Below are positions 47,330-56,141 of a stretch of DNA of 61,455 bases, piece after piece. Below the pieces are notes generated by a model that saw only the letters and a list, made by a program, of their open reading frames with translations, was not told the origin of the DNA and did not search any database. The stretch covers positions 1 to 61,455 of the forward strand of contig CAZLRK010000003.1 in assembly GCA_964561845.1 (NCBI GenBank), given 5' to 3'. Position numbers and translations under genes: made by a program. Source of the DNA: an uncultured Desulfobacterales bacterium. Lineage in GTDB: Bacteria; Desulfobacterota; Desulfobacteria; Desulfobacterales; JAUVVS01. Within the stretch, counting starts at the first letter, position 1. Each line of letters starts with the position of its first letter.

Positions 47330-49282
47330 TCAATCGCCAATCTTACTGATATGCTTTTCAATAACAGCCAACAGATCAGCCTTTTTAATAGGTTTGATCA
47401 GAAGGGCGTTGCAACCTGCCCGATGGCCTTTTTGGGTATGCTCAACAAGTGCGTGGGCGGTAAGTACAATGATAGGTGTTTCCTTTCTTCGGTTTTCCCT
47501 TTCCCATTTCCTTATCTCATTAGTAGCCGTATAACCATCCATGACCGGCATTTCAATGTCCATGAGAACAAGATCATATTTGTCAGTTGTAAATTTATCC
47601 ACAGCTATTTTGTCATTTTCCGCTGTATCCAAAATATATTGTGTCTTTTTCAGAAACGCCTGAATAAGTACTTGGTTATCCTCATTATCTTCAACTAGTA
47701 AAATACGAATCTGTTCCAGATCTTCTTGGACATTGATCGTTTGCTGCTGAGAACGATTTACAACTGATTCCTTAGAGGTCTCAATATTCTTTTTATCTGA
47801 TTGTACCTCGAACTTGGCAGTAAAATAGAAGGTACTCCCCTGTCCAATATCGCTTTCCACCCATATTCGTCCACCCACTAATTTAACAAGCCGGTGTGAA
47901 ATTGCCAGGCCAAGCCCGGTGCCGCCATATTCCCTTGTAGTGGAGGAATCGGCCTGTGAAAATCGGTCAAATATTGCTTCTTTTTTTTCCGGTGATATGC
48001 CGATACCGGTATCAGTTACTGAAAAAAGAAGTTCTACATGTGAATCTCTTTTTTCAGATTGTCCTGAAACCTCATGAGGCTTAACTTCTACAGCAACTTT
48101 TCCTTTTTCAGTAAATTTAAGTGCGTTTCCAATTAGATTGGTTAAAATCTGACCCAAACGAGTAGGGTCGCCCATAAGGTACATTTTTATATCAGGGCTG
48201 ATCCGCCATGATAATTCTAGACCTTTCTCCTGTGCTTTAAAAACCTGTGCTTCACAAGTGCTGCTTACCACCTCCATTAAATCAAATGAAATTTTTTCGA
48301 TCTCAATCTGTCCTGCCTCAATCTTGGACAGATCCAGAATGTCGTTAATTAATAGCAAGAGATTTTCGCCGGATGATTGTATTGCACTAATGAATTTTTT
48401 TTGTTCAGCAGTCAGAGAGGTCTCCCGGAGAAGATCTGCCATACCTATGACAGTATTCATGGGTGTCCTGATCTCGTGGCTCATACTTGCCAAAAACTCG
48501 CTTTTGGCCCGGCTTGCAGCCTCTGCCTGCTCCATTGCCAACTTTAATTTTTCATCCGTTTGTTTGCGCTCTTTGATTTCAGCTAAATAATTTCTATTGA
48601 GTTCTTCAATTCGATCCTTTTCAGAGGCTAAATGGTTAATTAGATCGCTGTTTTCAAACTGCAATCTCAATGAAGATACAGTAACTTTATTTATGCGCTT
48701 TGCGGTGGAAAACATCAGAATACCGAAAAGGAGAGTCATTCCACCCATGGCAAGATGGATGTCGTCGCCAATAACGAAAAACCTTACAATAACAGGAATT
48801 AAGATCGGCAGACTGTAAGCAAGGAAAGATTTTATTATTACTGAATATATTCCTGCCGCTCCGGCCACCATTCCGCCCAGCACAAAAACAAGAAACATCT
48901 GGTGTGCTATGGAGTCAACGGGAAATAGAAAGATACTGGCAGAACCCCAGATGATGCCGGAAAAGGCCATGCCAATGATAAACCATGTATCCCAGGGATA
49001 AATTTCAGCACGCACTTTTGATGAGTATCTGAATCTAAGTAATTTCAAATACCGAAGAATTGATATTATCGAAATTGCGAAAAACCAGATAAATAATACT
49101 GAATGCTCAATGAACTCCCGTAGTATGAAGACGAGGATGAGTGAATTGATGAAAGTGGCGATTATACCTATGGGTAAATGCTTGTAAAGCTGTGCAACCT
49201 GTGCTGCATATAGCCGCTGGGTTTCATTCAATATCTGTGCTTGATTATTAAATTTCTCTTTGGTTTTACTTCCATCTATCAT
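47330..49282 (-). CDS. Membrane hybrid sensor histidine kinase (HK-REC)
   Basis: Multi-TM N-terminus; FLASMSHEIRTP, NLIGNA, DTGIGI, GGTGLGL; C-terminal receiver domain. Confidence 0.93.
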   Translation of the reverse strand: MIDGSKTKEKFNNQAQILNETQRLYAAQVAQLYKHLPIGIIATFINSLILVFILREFIEHSVLFIWFFAISIISILRYLKLLRFRYSSKVRAEIYPWDTWFIIGMAFSGIIWGSASIFLFPVDSIAHQMFLVFVLGGMVAGAAGIYSVIIKSFLAYSLPILIPVIVRFFVIGDDIHLAMGGMTLLFGILMFSTAKRINKVTVSSLRLQFENSDLINHLASEKDRIEELNRNYLAEIKERKQTDEKLKLAMEQAEAASRAKSEFLASMSHEIRTPMNTVIGMADLLRETSLTAEQKKFISAIQSSGENLLLLINDILDLSKIEAGQIEIEKISFDLMEVVSSTCEAQVFKAQEKGLELSWRISPDIKMYLMGDPTRLGQILTNLIGNALKFTEKGKVAVEVKPHEVSGQSEKRDSHVELLFSVTDTGIGISPEKKEAIFDRFSQADSSTTREYGGTGLGLAISHRLVKLVGGRIWVESDIGQGSTFYFTAKFEVQSDKKNIETSKESVVNRSQQQTINVQEDLEQIRILLVEDNEDNQVLIQAFLKKTQYILDTAENDKIAVDKFTTDKYDLVLMDIEMPVMDGYTATNEIRKWERENRRKETPIIVLTAHALVEHTQKGHRAGCNALLIKPIKKADLLAVIEKHISKIGD

Positions 49283-49441
49283 TTTTCCAAACTTTTATTG
49301 TTAAGTGGAATTCGCTTTGTTCCAAAATTCAAATTAACGGAATACCTTGAATCGCCAATCTTCAATCATCTCCGATGAATCGGGATTTACGCCGGATGTG
49401 CACAAGTCCGCTTCGCTTCAACGCTCACCAATCCTAATAGC

Positions 49442-49501
49442 ATGCTTTTCAATAGCAGTCAACAGATCCGCTTTTTCGATAGATTTAGTCAGATGAGCGT
49501 T
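49442..49501 (-). pseudogene. 3'-end remnant of a paralogous receiver-domain gene
   Basis: Encodes NAHLTKSIEKADLLTAIEKH versus NALLIKPIKKADLLAVIEKH at 47351-47410. Confidence 0.65.
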
Positions 49502-49663
49502 TCAAGCGGTATTATGGCTTTATTGGGGTTAGTTATTTTTTTTATAATATAAAAGCGCCACCTCCCTTGATCAGTAGCTTTTATACAAAAATATTAAGGA
49601 TTATTTTAAAAGCCTTCCATACCCCACTGTATCGCTGGTATTCTATCGAAATACCTTTTATTC

Positions 49664-49708
49664 TTGACAAAGGTCACGCGATAAGTATATTACTTAATTT
49701 GAATATAA
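49664..49708 (+). promoter_or_regulatory. sigma70 promoter with possible ArsR operator
   Basis: TTGACA (49664) N16 TATATT (49686), overlapped by an ATATT..AATAT inverted repeat. Confidence 0.5.
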
Positions 49709-49718
49709 AGGAGTACAA

Positions 49719-50063
49719 ATGAAAGCTTTCCTTAAAGTGATGAAGGCCCTTTCCGATCCTAACAGGGTCAAAATTGTTAAGATGCTTCAGCATAAAACAA
49801 TGTGTGTTTGTGAGCTTCAAGCCGCTCTGAAAATAACCCAACCCAGTGTATCGAAGCACCTTAAAATTTTGGAAGATGCTTGTATCGTTGACTATCAGAA
49901 AGATGGTTTGTGGGTCAACTATCACCTCACAGATGGAAGTAGCAATCCTTATGTTGCCAGCCTTTTAGGAAATCTTAGGCACTGGCTAGAGGATGAGCCT
50001 GAAATAGATAAAATCGTAAGAAAACTTCCAGAAATTAGGAGGGAAGAGATCTGTAAAAAGTAG
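49719..50063 (+). CDS. arsR: ArsR/SmtB metalloregulator
   Basis: KALSDPNR..MCVCEL..QPSVSKHL. Confidence 0.9.
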   Translation: MKAFLKVMKALSDPNRVKIVKMLQHKTMCVCELQAALKITQPSVSKHLKILEDACIVDYQKDGLWVNYHLTDGSSNPYVASLLGNLRHWLEDEPEIDKIVRKLPEIRREEICKK

Positions 50064-50228
50064 TTTTTAAACGAAATATATAGCTATATAAGAATATATT
50101 TGCTACAGAAATCGTAAGTTATAGCGTATCATAGTGTGATGAATTAGTAAAAAGATCTCTTTTTGATTTTTTAGGGAACCATCAACACTGAGTATCCCAT
50201 AAAAACCACATATTCCGGGGAAATTTAT

Positions 50229-51401
50229 ATGAAAGAAAAAACCAAGCTTTTGCTTATCGTGTTGGTTTTCCTTGCCTGCTATTATATCCCGTGGGACAAC
50301 ACTACAATACGCCAATCAGGGCTTGAGGCCTTCATGATGCTCCGGGAGTATGCCAGAGAGCACGTGTTGACCTGTCTGATCCCTGCCTTTTTTATTGCAG
50401 GAGCCATTGCGGTTTTTGTCTCCCAGGCGGCTGTCCTTAAATATTTTGGATCGACAGCAAAAAAAATTCTTTCTTACTCTGTGGCCTCAGTTTCAGGGAC
50501 GATATTGGCTGTCTGCTCTTGTACCGTTCTTCCTCTTTTTGCAGGAATTTACACTCAGGGTGCTGGGATTGGCCCTGCCACTGCATTCCTTTATTCCGGG
50601 CCCGCCATCAATGTCCTCGCCATTGTCCTTACAGGGAGAATCCTGGGCTGGGAATTGGGATTGGCTCGTGCTATTGGCGCCATCTTTTTTGCTATTATAA
50701 CCGGCCTTCTTATGGCCTTCTTATTCCGAAAGGAGGAGTCAACCCGCGGGGCAGGACAGGTCTATCTCCCGGATGAGGAAAGACAGGAACGCACCTTGAC
50801 TCAGAATGCCTTTTACATGCTGACTATGGTCTTGATTCTGATCTTTGCTGCTTTTGCCAGGCCGGCAACAGGTTCGATAGGTCTCTGGCCCTTTATCTTC
50901 GCTGCCAAGTGGTATATCACAGCCGGTCTTTTGATTGTCCTGACCATCATGCTCAAATCCTGGTTTACTAAAGATGAGCGCATTAACTGGGTTCAATCAA
51001 CATGGGGATTTATGAAGCAAATCTTTCCACTCCTTGGTGCAGGGGTTTTGGTGGCCGGTTTCATGTTGGGCCGACCGGGTCATTCTGCCATGATTCCAGA
51101 GCAATATATCCATACTCTGGTAGGAGGAAACTCTTTATGGGCAAACCTTTTTGCATCACTATCCGGCGCCCTTATGTATTTTGCCACCCTCACCGAAGTC
51201 CCAATTCTTCAGGGGTTGATAGGCGCCGGTATGGATAAAGGGCCAGCCTTAGCCCTGCTACTGGCAGGCCCAGCACTTTCGCTTCCCAATATGCTGGTAA
51301 TAGGGGGAGTGATGGGAGTCAAGAAAACAGTCACTTTTTGTGTTATTATTGTAATCCTGTCCACCATCGCCGGTATGGCTTACGGCTTGATCGCGGGGTA
51401 A
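50229..51401 (+). CDS. ArsP/DUF318-family permease
   Basis: AVCSCTVLP, SGPAIN, MYFATLTEVP, GPALSLP; multiple TM helices. Confidence 0.8.
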   Translation: MKEKTKLLLIVLVFLACYYIPWDNTTIRQSGLEAFMMLREYAREHVLTCLIPAFFIAGAIAVFVSQAAVLKYFGSTAKKILSYSVASVSGTILAVCSCTVLPLFAGIYTQGAGIGPATAFLYSGPAINVLAIVLTGRILGWELGLARAIGAIFFAIITGLLMAFLFRKEESTRGAGQVYLPDEERQERTLTQNAFYMLTMVLILIFAAFARPATGSIGLWPFIFAAKWYITAGLLIVLTIMLKSWFTKDERINWVQSTWGFMKQIFPLLGAGVLVAGFMLGRPGHSAMIPEQYIHTLVGGNSLWANLFASLSGALMYFATLTEVPILQGLIGAGMDKGPALALLLAGPALSLPNMLVIGGVMGVKKTVTFCVIIVILSTIAGMAYGLIAG

Positions 51402-51411
51402 AGGAGGAAAA

Positions 51412-51933
51412 ATGTCAGGAAACGACGTCACTCAAATAAGAGTCGGCAAGCACCCCTCGGGAATCATCGGGTTGAAACAAGTTTTGGAAGAGGTGTCAAA
51501 CGAGTGCAAAGGAATGTCCGACGATGAAATTAATGCTGAGCTGTTAAAACGATTATCCAAAAAAAACTACATTAGCAACAACGCAAAGGAGGTCTACGGC
51601 CAGGCATTTTTAAGAGAGTATAAGAAGTTTGTCGGGGAGGCGTTTGAGGACCCGGACGGGGGCGGGTTAGAGATAAAAGTCTTAGGGCCTGGCTGTCCTC
51701 AATGTGAAAAGCTCGAACAGGATCTCATAGCAGTAATGGTTGAACTCAATATTGCCGCCGGGCTTGAACATGTTCGGGATATAGCAGAAATCGGGAGCTA
51801 CGGTGTTATGGGAACACCAGGTCTGATCATCAACGGTGTGGTAAAGGCGGTAGGGTCTGTGCCGCCAAAAACCAAAATCATGGGCTGGTTGAAAGAAGCC
51901 GAAAAAAATAAGAACCTGGCACATAAAACCTAA
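51412..51933 (+). CDS. Thioredoxin-like redox-disulfide protein with an N-terminal extension
   Basis: IKVLGPGCPQC..YGVMGTP. Confidence 0.8.
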   Translation: MSGNDVTQIRVGKHPSGIIGLKQVLEEVSNECKGMSDDEINAELLKRLSKKNYISNNAKEVYGQAFLREYKKFVGEAFEDPDGGGLEIKVLGPGCPQCEKLEQDLIAVMVELNIAAGLEHVRDIAEIGSYGVMGTPGLIINGVVKAVGSVPPKTKIMGWLKEAEKNKNLAHKT

Positions 51934-51941
51934 GGAAACTT

Positions 51942-52019
51942 ATCACGAAAGCACGAAAAAACGAAGACACGAAAAACATAATAAAATTTCGCGCTTTCCC
52001 CCTTTCGTGTTTTCGTGAT
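51942..52019. repeat. Inverted cacgaaa tandem arrays (long hairpin)
   Basis: atcacgaaagcacgaaa...tttcgtgttttcgtgat. Confidence 0.7.
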
Positions 52020-52061
52020 TATCAAGGTGAGTAATTTATTAACATTGGAAAGGAGAAAATC

Positions 52062-52295
52062 ATGGAAATCAAAATATTAGGACCCGGCTGTCCGAGGTGT
52101 CAACAAACAGCGGAACATGTCAAGCAGGCGGTTGCCGAAGCAAATGTGGCTGCCGATATCGCAAAGGTGACCGATGCGATGGAGATTGCCGGATATGGTG
52201 TTTTTGGCACCCCTGCGGTCGTTATTGACGGCGAGGTTAAAAGTGTCGGCAAAATTCCTGCAAAAGAGGACATCAAAACATGGTTGAGTAAATAG
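52062..52295 (+). CDS. Small redox-active disulfide protein (MTH895-like)
   Basis: MEIKILGPGCPRC..YGVFGTPAVVIDG. Confidence 0.88.
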   Translation: MEIKILGPGCPRCQQTAEHVKQAVAEANVAADIAKVTDAMEIAGYGVFGTPAVVIDGEVKSVGKIPAKEDIKTWLSK

Positions 52296-52350
52296 CTGTT
52301 GAATTAAACTTAACTGATCGGAGTAAAACGCGCGGAGATTTGAAAGGAAT

Positions 52351-52737
52351 ATGGAAAAACTACGATCAAAATCTCTTTCAGCAACCTTGGCGGTGTTGTT
52401 TATATCGATTTTGACTTCAGGAATCATCCGGGCAGACGAATTTAACGATGTTCCGGTCAAAGGGATGGTTACAATGATCGACCTGGGGGCAAAAAAGTGC
52501 ATCCCCTGTAAAATGATGGCGCCGATCATGGAAAAGATGGAAAAAGTATATAAAGAAAAGGCCGCGATTGTATTTATCGATGTTTGGGAGCACCGTGAAC
52601 AAGCCTCCCGATTTAAAATCCGGGCTATTCCGACACAGATATTCTACGATAAAGATAGCAAAGAAGTGTACCGGCATGTCGGATTCATGAGTGAAAAGGA
52701 AATCATCAGGCAATTGAAAAAATTGGGTGTTCATTGA
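52351..52737 (+). CDS. Exported thioredoxin
   Basis: Signal peptide, CIPC, RAIPTQIF. Confidence 0.85.
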   Translation: MEKLRSKSLSATLAVLFISILTSGIIRADEFNDVPVKGMVTMIDLGAKKCIPCKMMAPIMEKMEKVYKEKAAIVFIDVWEHREQASRFKIRAIPTQIFYDKDSKEVYRHVGFMSEKEIIRQLKKLGVH

Positions 52738-52768
52738 ATACGCAGTTGAAGAAAAGGACAATGAACAG

Positions 52769-53476
52769 ATGCTTGAGACACTATTTTTAACGATTAACGA
52801 ATGGATCGCTGGTGGCACGGCCATAGCCGCGCTGGGATGTTTTCTGTGGGGGATGGTCAGTGTAATGTTCAGCCCCTGCCATCTGGCATCGATTCCTTTG
52901 ATTGTCGCTTATGTGGGCGGACAAGATCGGGCAGTTGACCCCAGACAAGCCGGTATTTACTCTGGGGCGTTTACAACAGGCCTTTTTATCACCATTACAC
53001 TGATCGGAATTATCTGCGCCTTGCTGGGCCGCATGCTTGGGGATGTGGGCAGCTACTGGCAAATTCTGATCGGTGCCATATTGATATGGGTAGCACTTGG
53101 CGTGTTCGGAGTGGAAAAGTGTTCCATGTCCGGCAGCTTGCTGTATCGTTTGAAATTAAAAGGATTAACAGGCGCCTTTGCGCTGGGACTGGCCTACGGG
53201 ATTCTATCCGGTTCCTGTACTTTCGGGTTTATCGCACCGATTTTGGCCATAGTTACCGTCCAACAGAAAGTTGCTACCGGTATTCTTTTTATCCTTCTGT
53301 TCGCCATCGGCCATTGCCTGCCGATCGTGGTTGCCGGAAGCTCCACGGCTGCGGTGAGGAAACTGATGGAAAATAGTGCATGGCAAGGCGCCGGAAACTG
53401 GTTCCGAAAAGGAGCGGGTGCCGTCATCGGCATTATGGGCATCTATTTTATTGTAAATCCGTTTTTGAGGGCTTGA
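52769..53476 (+). CDS. CcdA-like thiol:disulfide transporter
   Basis: FSPCHLASIP and SGSCTFG; six TM helices. Confidence 0.8.
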   Translation: MLETLFLTINEWIAGGTAIAALGCFLWGMVSVMFSPCHLASIPLIVAYVGGQDRAVDPRQAGIYSGAFTTGLFITITLIGIICALLGRMLGDVGSYWQILIGAILIWVALGVFGVEKCSMSGSLLYRLKLKGLTGAFALGLAYGILSGSCTFGFIAPILAIVTVQQKVATGILFILLFAIGHCLPIVVAGSSTAAVRKLMENSAWQGAGNWFRKGAGAVIGIMGIYFIVNPFLRA

Positions 53477-53614
53477 AGATATTAGTGTAAATGTCGGCTT
53501 TGATTAGTCTGAAGAACGTGATGCTCCTTCTCAAAAAAGTATTTTTCATGTAACACTTTAGCCCTTTGAAACCAGTTTATACAAATAAGCTTGAGACCGC
53601 AAAGAAGGATTATT

Positions 53615-54139
53615 GTGTTACTTAAAAACTATACCAAAGAAATCTTCAGGTCAGTATGCAACCCTGGTGCTCAAAATCTCCACTGTTTTGCATACCTTGA
53701 AGAAGACATTGGAGATGCACTTCCGTATCTTAATGCCGAACTGGGTGGATTTTCGTATACAAAGAATCCCCCGTCTGTGACATTTAAGTCTCAGGGCAAA
53801 CTGATCACCATTCATGCCAGAAAGATCGCCATCAATGCCCTTAAAGACGAAGAAGAGGCGGAAAAGATCATTGAATGGCTTAAAAGGGAGATCAATATGG
53901 TCTGGGAAAAGCGCGCGGAGATCGAACCCAGCTACGAATCTGCGTCCAGGCCCAGTATTATGGAGATTCTCAAACTGTTGCCCAAAACCAACTGTAAAGA
54001 ATGTGACCAGCTCACCTGCATGGTCTTTGCCTCAATGGTAGCAGAGGGAGCAAAAGGCCCCGAAGACTGCCCGCCGCTGAATGATGACAGCAGCAAACAA
54101 TTGTCGGAATATCTGAGCCAGTTTCGTTTCGATTTCTAA
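53615..54139 (+). CDS. Protein with a C-terminal putative [4Fe-4S] domain
   Basis: LLPKTNCKECDQLTCMVFA..DCPPL; GTG start after GAAGGA. Confidence 0.75.
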   Translation: MLLKNYTKEIFRSVCNPGAQNLHCFAYLEEDIGDALPYLNAELGGFSYTKNPPSVTFKSQGKLITIHARKIAINALKDEEEAEKIIEWLKREINMVWEKRAEIEPSYESASRPSIMEILKLLPKTNCKECDQLTCMVFASMVAEGAKGPEDCPPLNDDSSKQLSEYLSQFRFDF

Positions 54140-54170
54140 ATGCATTAACTTAACTAAAGGGAAATATATA

Positions 54171-54323
54171 ATGGTGTTAAACATCTCGGAGCAAGAATTT
54201 CAGCAGATGAAGATGGTGGTCATGGACGGAGACAAAGACGAAGCCCTTGTTCTGATCAAAGTATTTATCAAAAGGCTGGAGCATCAGAAGCAACAGGGCA
54301 TGAAATCTCATTTAGATAGATGA
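54171..54323 (+). CDS. 50-aa hypothetical protein (below the ORF-track cut-off)
   Basis: MVLNISEQEFQQMKMVVMDGDKDEALVLIKVFIKRLEHQKQQGMKSHLDR; fills the gap between two operon genes; AAGGG upstream. Confidence 0.6.
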   Translation: MVLNISEQEFQQMKMVVMDGDKDEALVLIKVFIKRLEHQKQQGMKSHLDR

Positions 54324-54341
54324 TAAAAAAGGAGTAAAATA

Positions 54342-55526
54342 ATGACAACCGAAGTGGTTATCACTAAAGAAGGCAAAGGACTAAGTTTTTTTGAAAAATA
54401 CCTTTCTGTCTGGGTGGTTCTCTCAATTGTAGCGGGAATTGTCCTGGGTAAAATTGCTCCTGCTGTGGCGAAATACCTTGACGGATTAGCGATTTACGTA
54501 GGTGAAGCACCTGTAGTTTCTATCCCCATCGCCGTCTGCCTTTTCTTCATGATGTATCCCATCATGGTGAAGATCGATTTCGGTGAAGTACTTATGGCCG
54601 GTAAAAATATCAAACCAGTCGGACTGACCCTTTTTGTCAACTGGGCTATCAAACCGTTTACCATGTATGCCATTTCGATATTTTTTCTCGGAACTCTTTT
54701 TTATAACTTTATCGGTCCCGAAGCCGTGGATTATGTGAAGATGCCCCTGGGTCTCGATCTTCCTGTGGGCAGTACCCACGGTGTTGGAAAAGTGGTTTTG
54801 GTCAATGGGATCAGGGTACTGGAGGTACCCCTCTGGCGGAGCTATCTGGCCGGTTGCATTCTCTTGGGAATAGCTCCCTGTACGGCCATGGTTCTCGTCT
54901 GGGGTTTTCTGGCCCGAGGAAATGACGGGCATACCCTTATAATGGTGGCTATCAACTCCCTAACAATGCTCTTTCTCTATGGTCCATTAGGCGGTTTTTT
55001 GTTGGGTGTAGGACGGCTTCCGGTTCCCTGGCAGGCCCTGGTGCTTTCCATCGGCATTTATGTGGCCCTTCCCCTTGTGGCCGGATATATATCCCGCAAG
55101 ATGATAATAAAGGAAAAGGGAGAGACCTGGTTTAAGGAAAAGTTTCTCCACATTTTAACTCCCATTACCATTATGGCCCTGCTGATCACGCTGGTGCTTC
55201 TTTTTTCGTTTAAGGGCGACGTTATCGTATCCAACCCGCTGACCATACTCTGGATCGCCATTCCCCTGTTCATCCAGACCAACCTGATTTTCTGGCTGGG
55301 ATACGGTCTGTCCAGGTTGCTGAATCTTACTTACGAAGACGCAGCCCCATCAGCCATGATCGGGGCCTCTAATCATTTCGAAGTGGCCATTGCCACGGCA
55401 ACCATGCTCTTCGGTCTTTCATCCGGAGCGGCCCTGGCCACGGTTGTGGGTGTGCTGATTGAAGTGCCGGTAATGCTCATGCTGGTAAAAATTTGCCTGG
55501 GAACTGATCGCTGGTTTACCCATTGA
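54342..55526 (+). CDS. acr3: Acr3-family arsenite efflux pump
   Basis: [44 protein letters not shown]. Confidence 0.93.
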   Translation: MTTEVVITKEGKGLSFFEKYLSVWVVLSIVAGIVLGKIAPAVAKYLDGLAIYVGEAPVVSIPIAVCLFFMMYPIMVKIDFGEVLMAGKNIKPVGLTLFVNWAIKPFTMYAISIFFLGTLFYNFIGPEAVDYVKMPLGLDLPVGSTHGVGKVVLVNGIRVLEVPLWRSYLAGCILLGIAPCTAMVLVWGFLARGNDGHTLIMVAINSLTMLFLYGPLGGFLLGVGRLPVPWQALVLSIGIYVALPLVAGYISRKMIIKEKGETWFKEKFLHILTPITIMALLITLVLLFSFKGDVIVSNPLTILWIAIPLFIQTNLIFWLGYGLSRLLNLTYEDAAPSAMIGASNHFEVAIATATMLFGLSSGAALATVVGVLIEVPVMLMLVKICLGTDRWFTH

Positions 55527-55644
55527 ACGCAGGTGCATTGAGGATCTGTCAGTAGAAAAATAAACGCAAAGGTGAGTTGATGTATAAAAGCTTTTTGACC
55601 ATGTCCTTTAGCGATAGCTCAATTTGGCTGAAAATATCGGTCAA

Positions 55645-55782
55645 ATTGAAAAGGTAACCGATACGATGGATATTGCCAAGCACGGGGTCTTTGCGACTCC
55701 GGCTGTGGTTATTGACGGCGAGGTCAAATGCGTAGGAAAGATCCCGAACAAGGATGAGATTAAGGCATGGCTTGGGAAGTGA
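55645..55782 (+). pseudogene. 5'-truncated paralog of the small redox-active disulfide gene
   Basis: IEKVTDTMDIAKHGVFATPAVVIDGEVKCVGKIPNKDEIKAWLGK*; the frame upstream is closed and no CxxC is present. Confidence 0.75.
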
Positions 55783-55847
55783 TTTAGGAGATGTTAATAT
55801 GGAATCAGTTAAGATTCAGCTCGGAGTGAGGCGTAAAAATTCGATTT

Positions 55848-56063
55848 CTATTTGTCTTTTAGTGTGCGAAGACAATCTTGAGGGAAACGGTGGGTGCCTT
55901 TGTCTTTCAGGCTTACTCGCACAAGAGCATCCGGATCATTGATTGCGGTATCCGGATCGGTTATGATTCCGTGCAGCCCCACATATTCATCCATGTAACT
56001 CTGCCAAGCTTCGTCATCAGATTTCCTGAAAACTTCAACTTTTTGGCCTTTACGAAAAACCAT
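55848..56063 (-). CDS. Small hypothetical protein (SH3/KOW-like beta fold)
   Basis: RBS AAGGAG; FRKGQKVEV..YVGLHGII..VRV..HRFPQDCL. Confidence 0.7.
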   Translation of the reverse strand: MVFRKGQKVEVFRKSDDEAWQSYMDEYVGLHGIITDPDTAINDPDALVRVSLKDKGTHRFPQDCLRTLKDK

Positions 56064-56141
56064 TTATATCTCCTTGTTATCGGTTAACCGTATAAGTTTG
56101 TTTACCGGTTTGCCGAATAATCATGCTAATGTCAAATGATG

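Noticed and set aside
55754-55942. 62-aa ORF, and the many antisense or nested ORFs in the track
   Set aside because: They overlap well-supported genes or pseudogenes and show no recognisable motifs.
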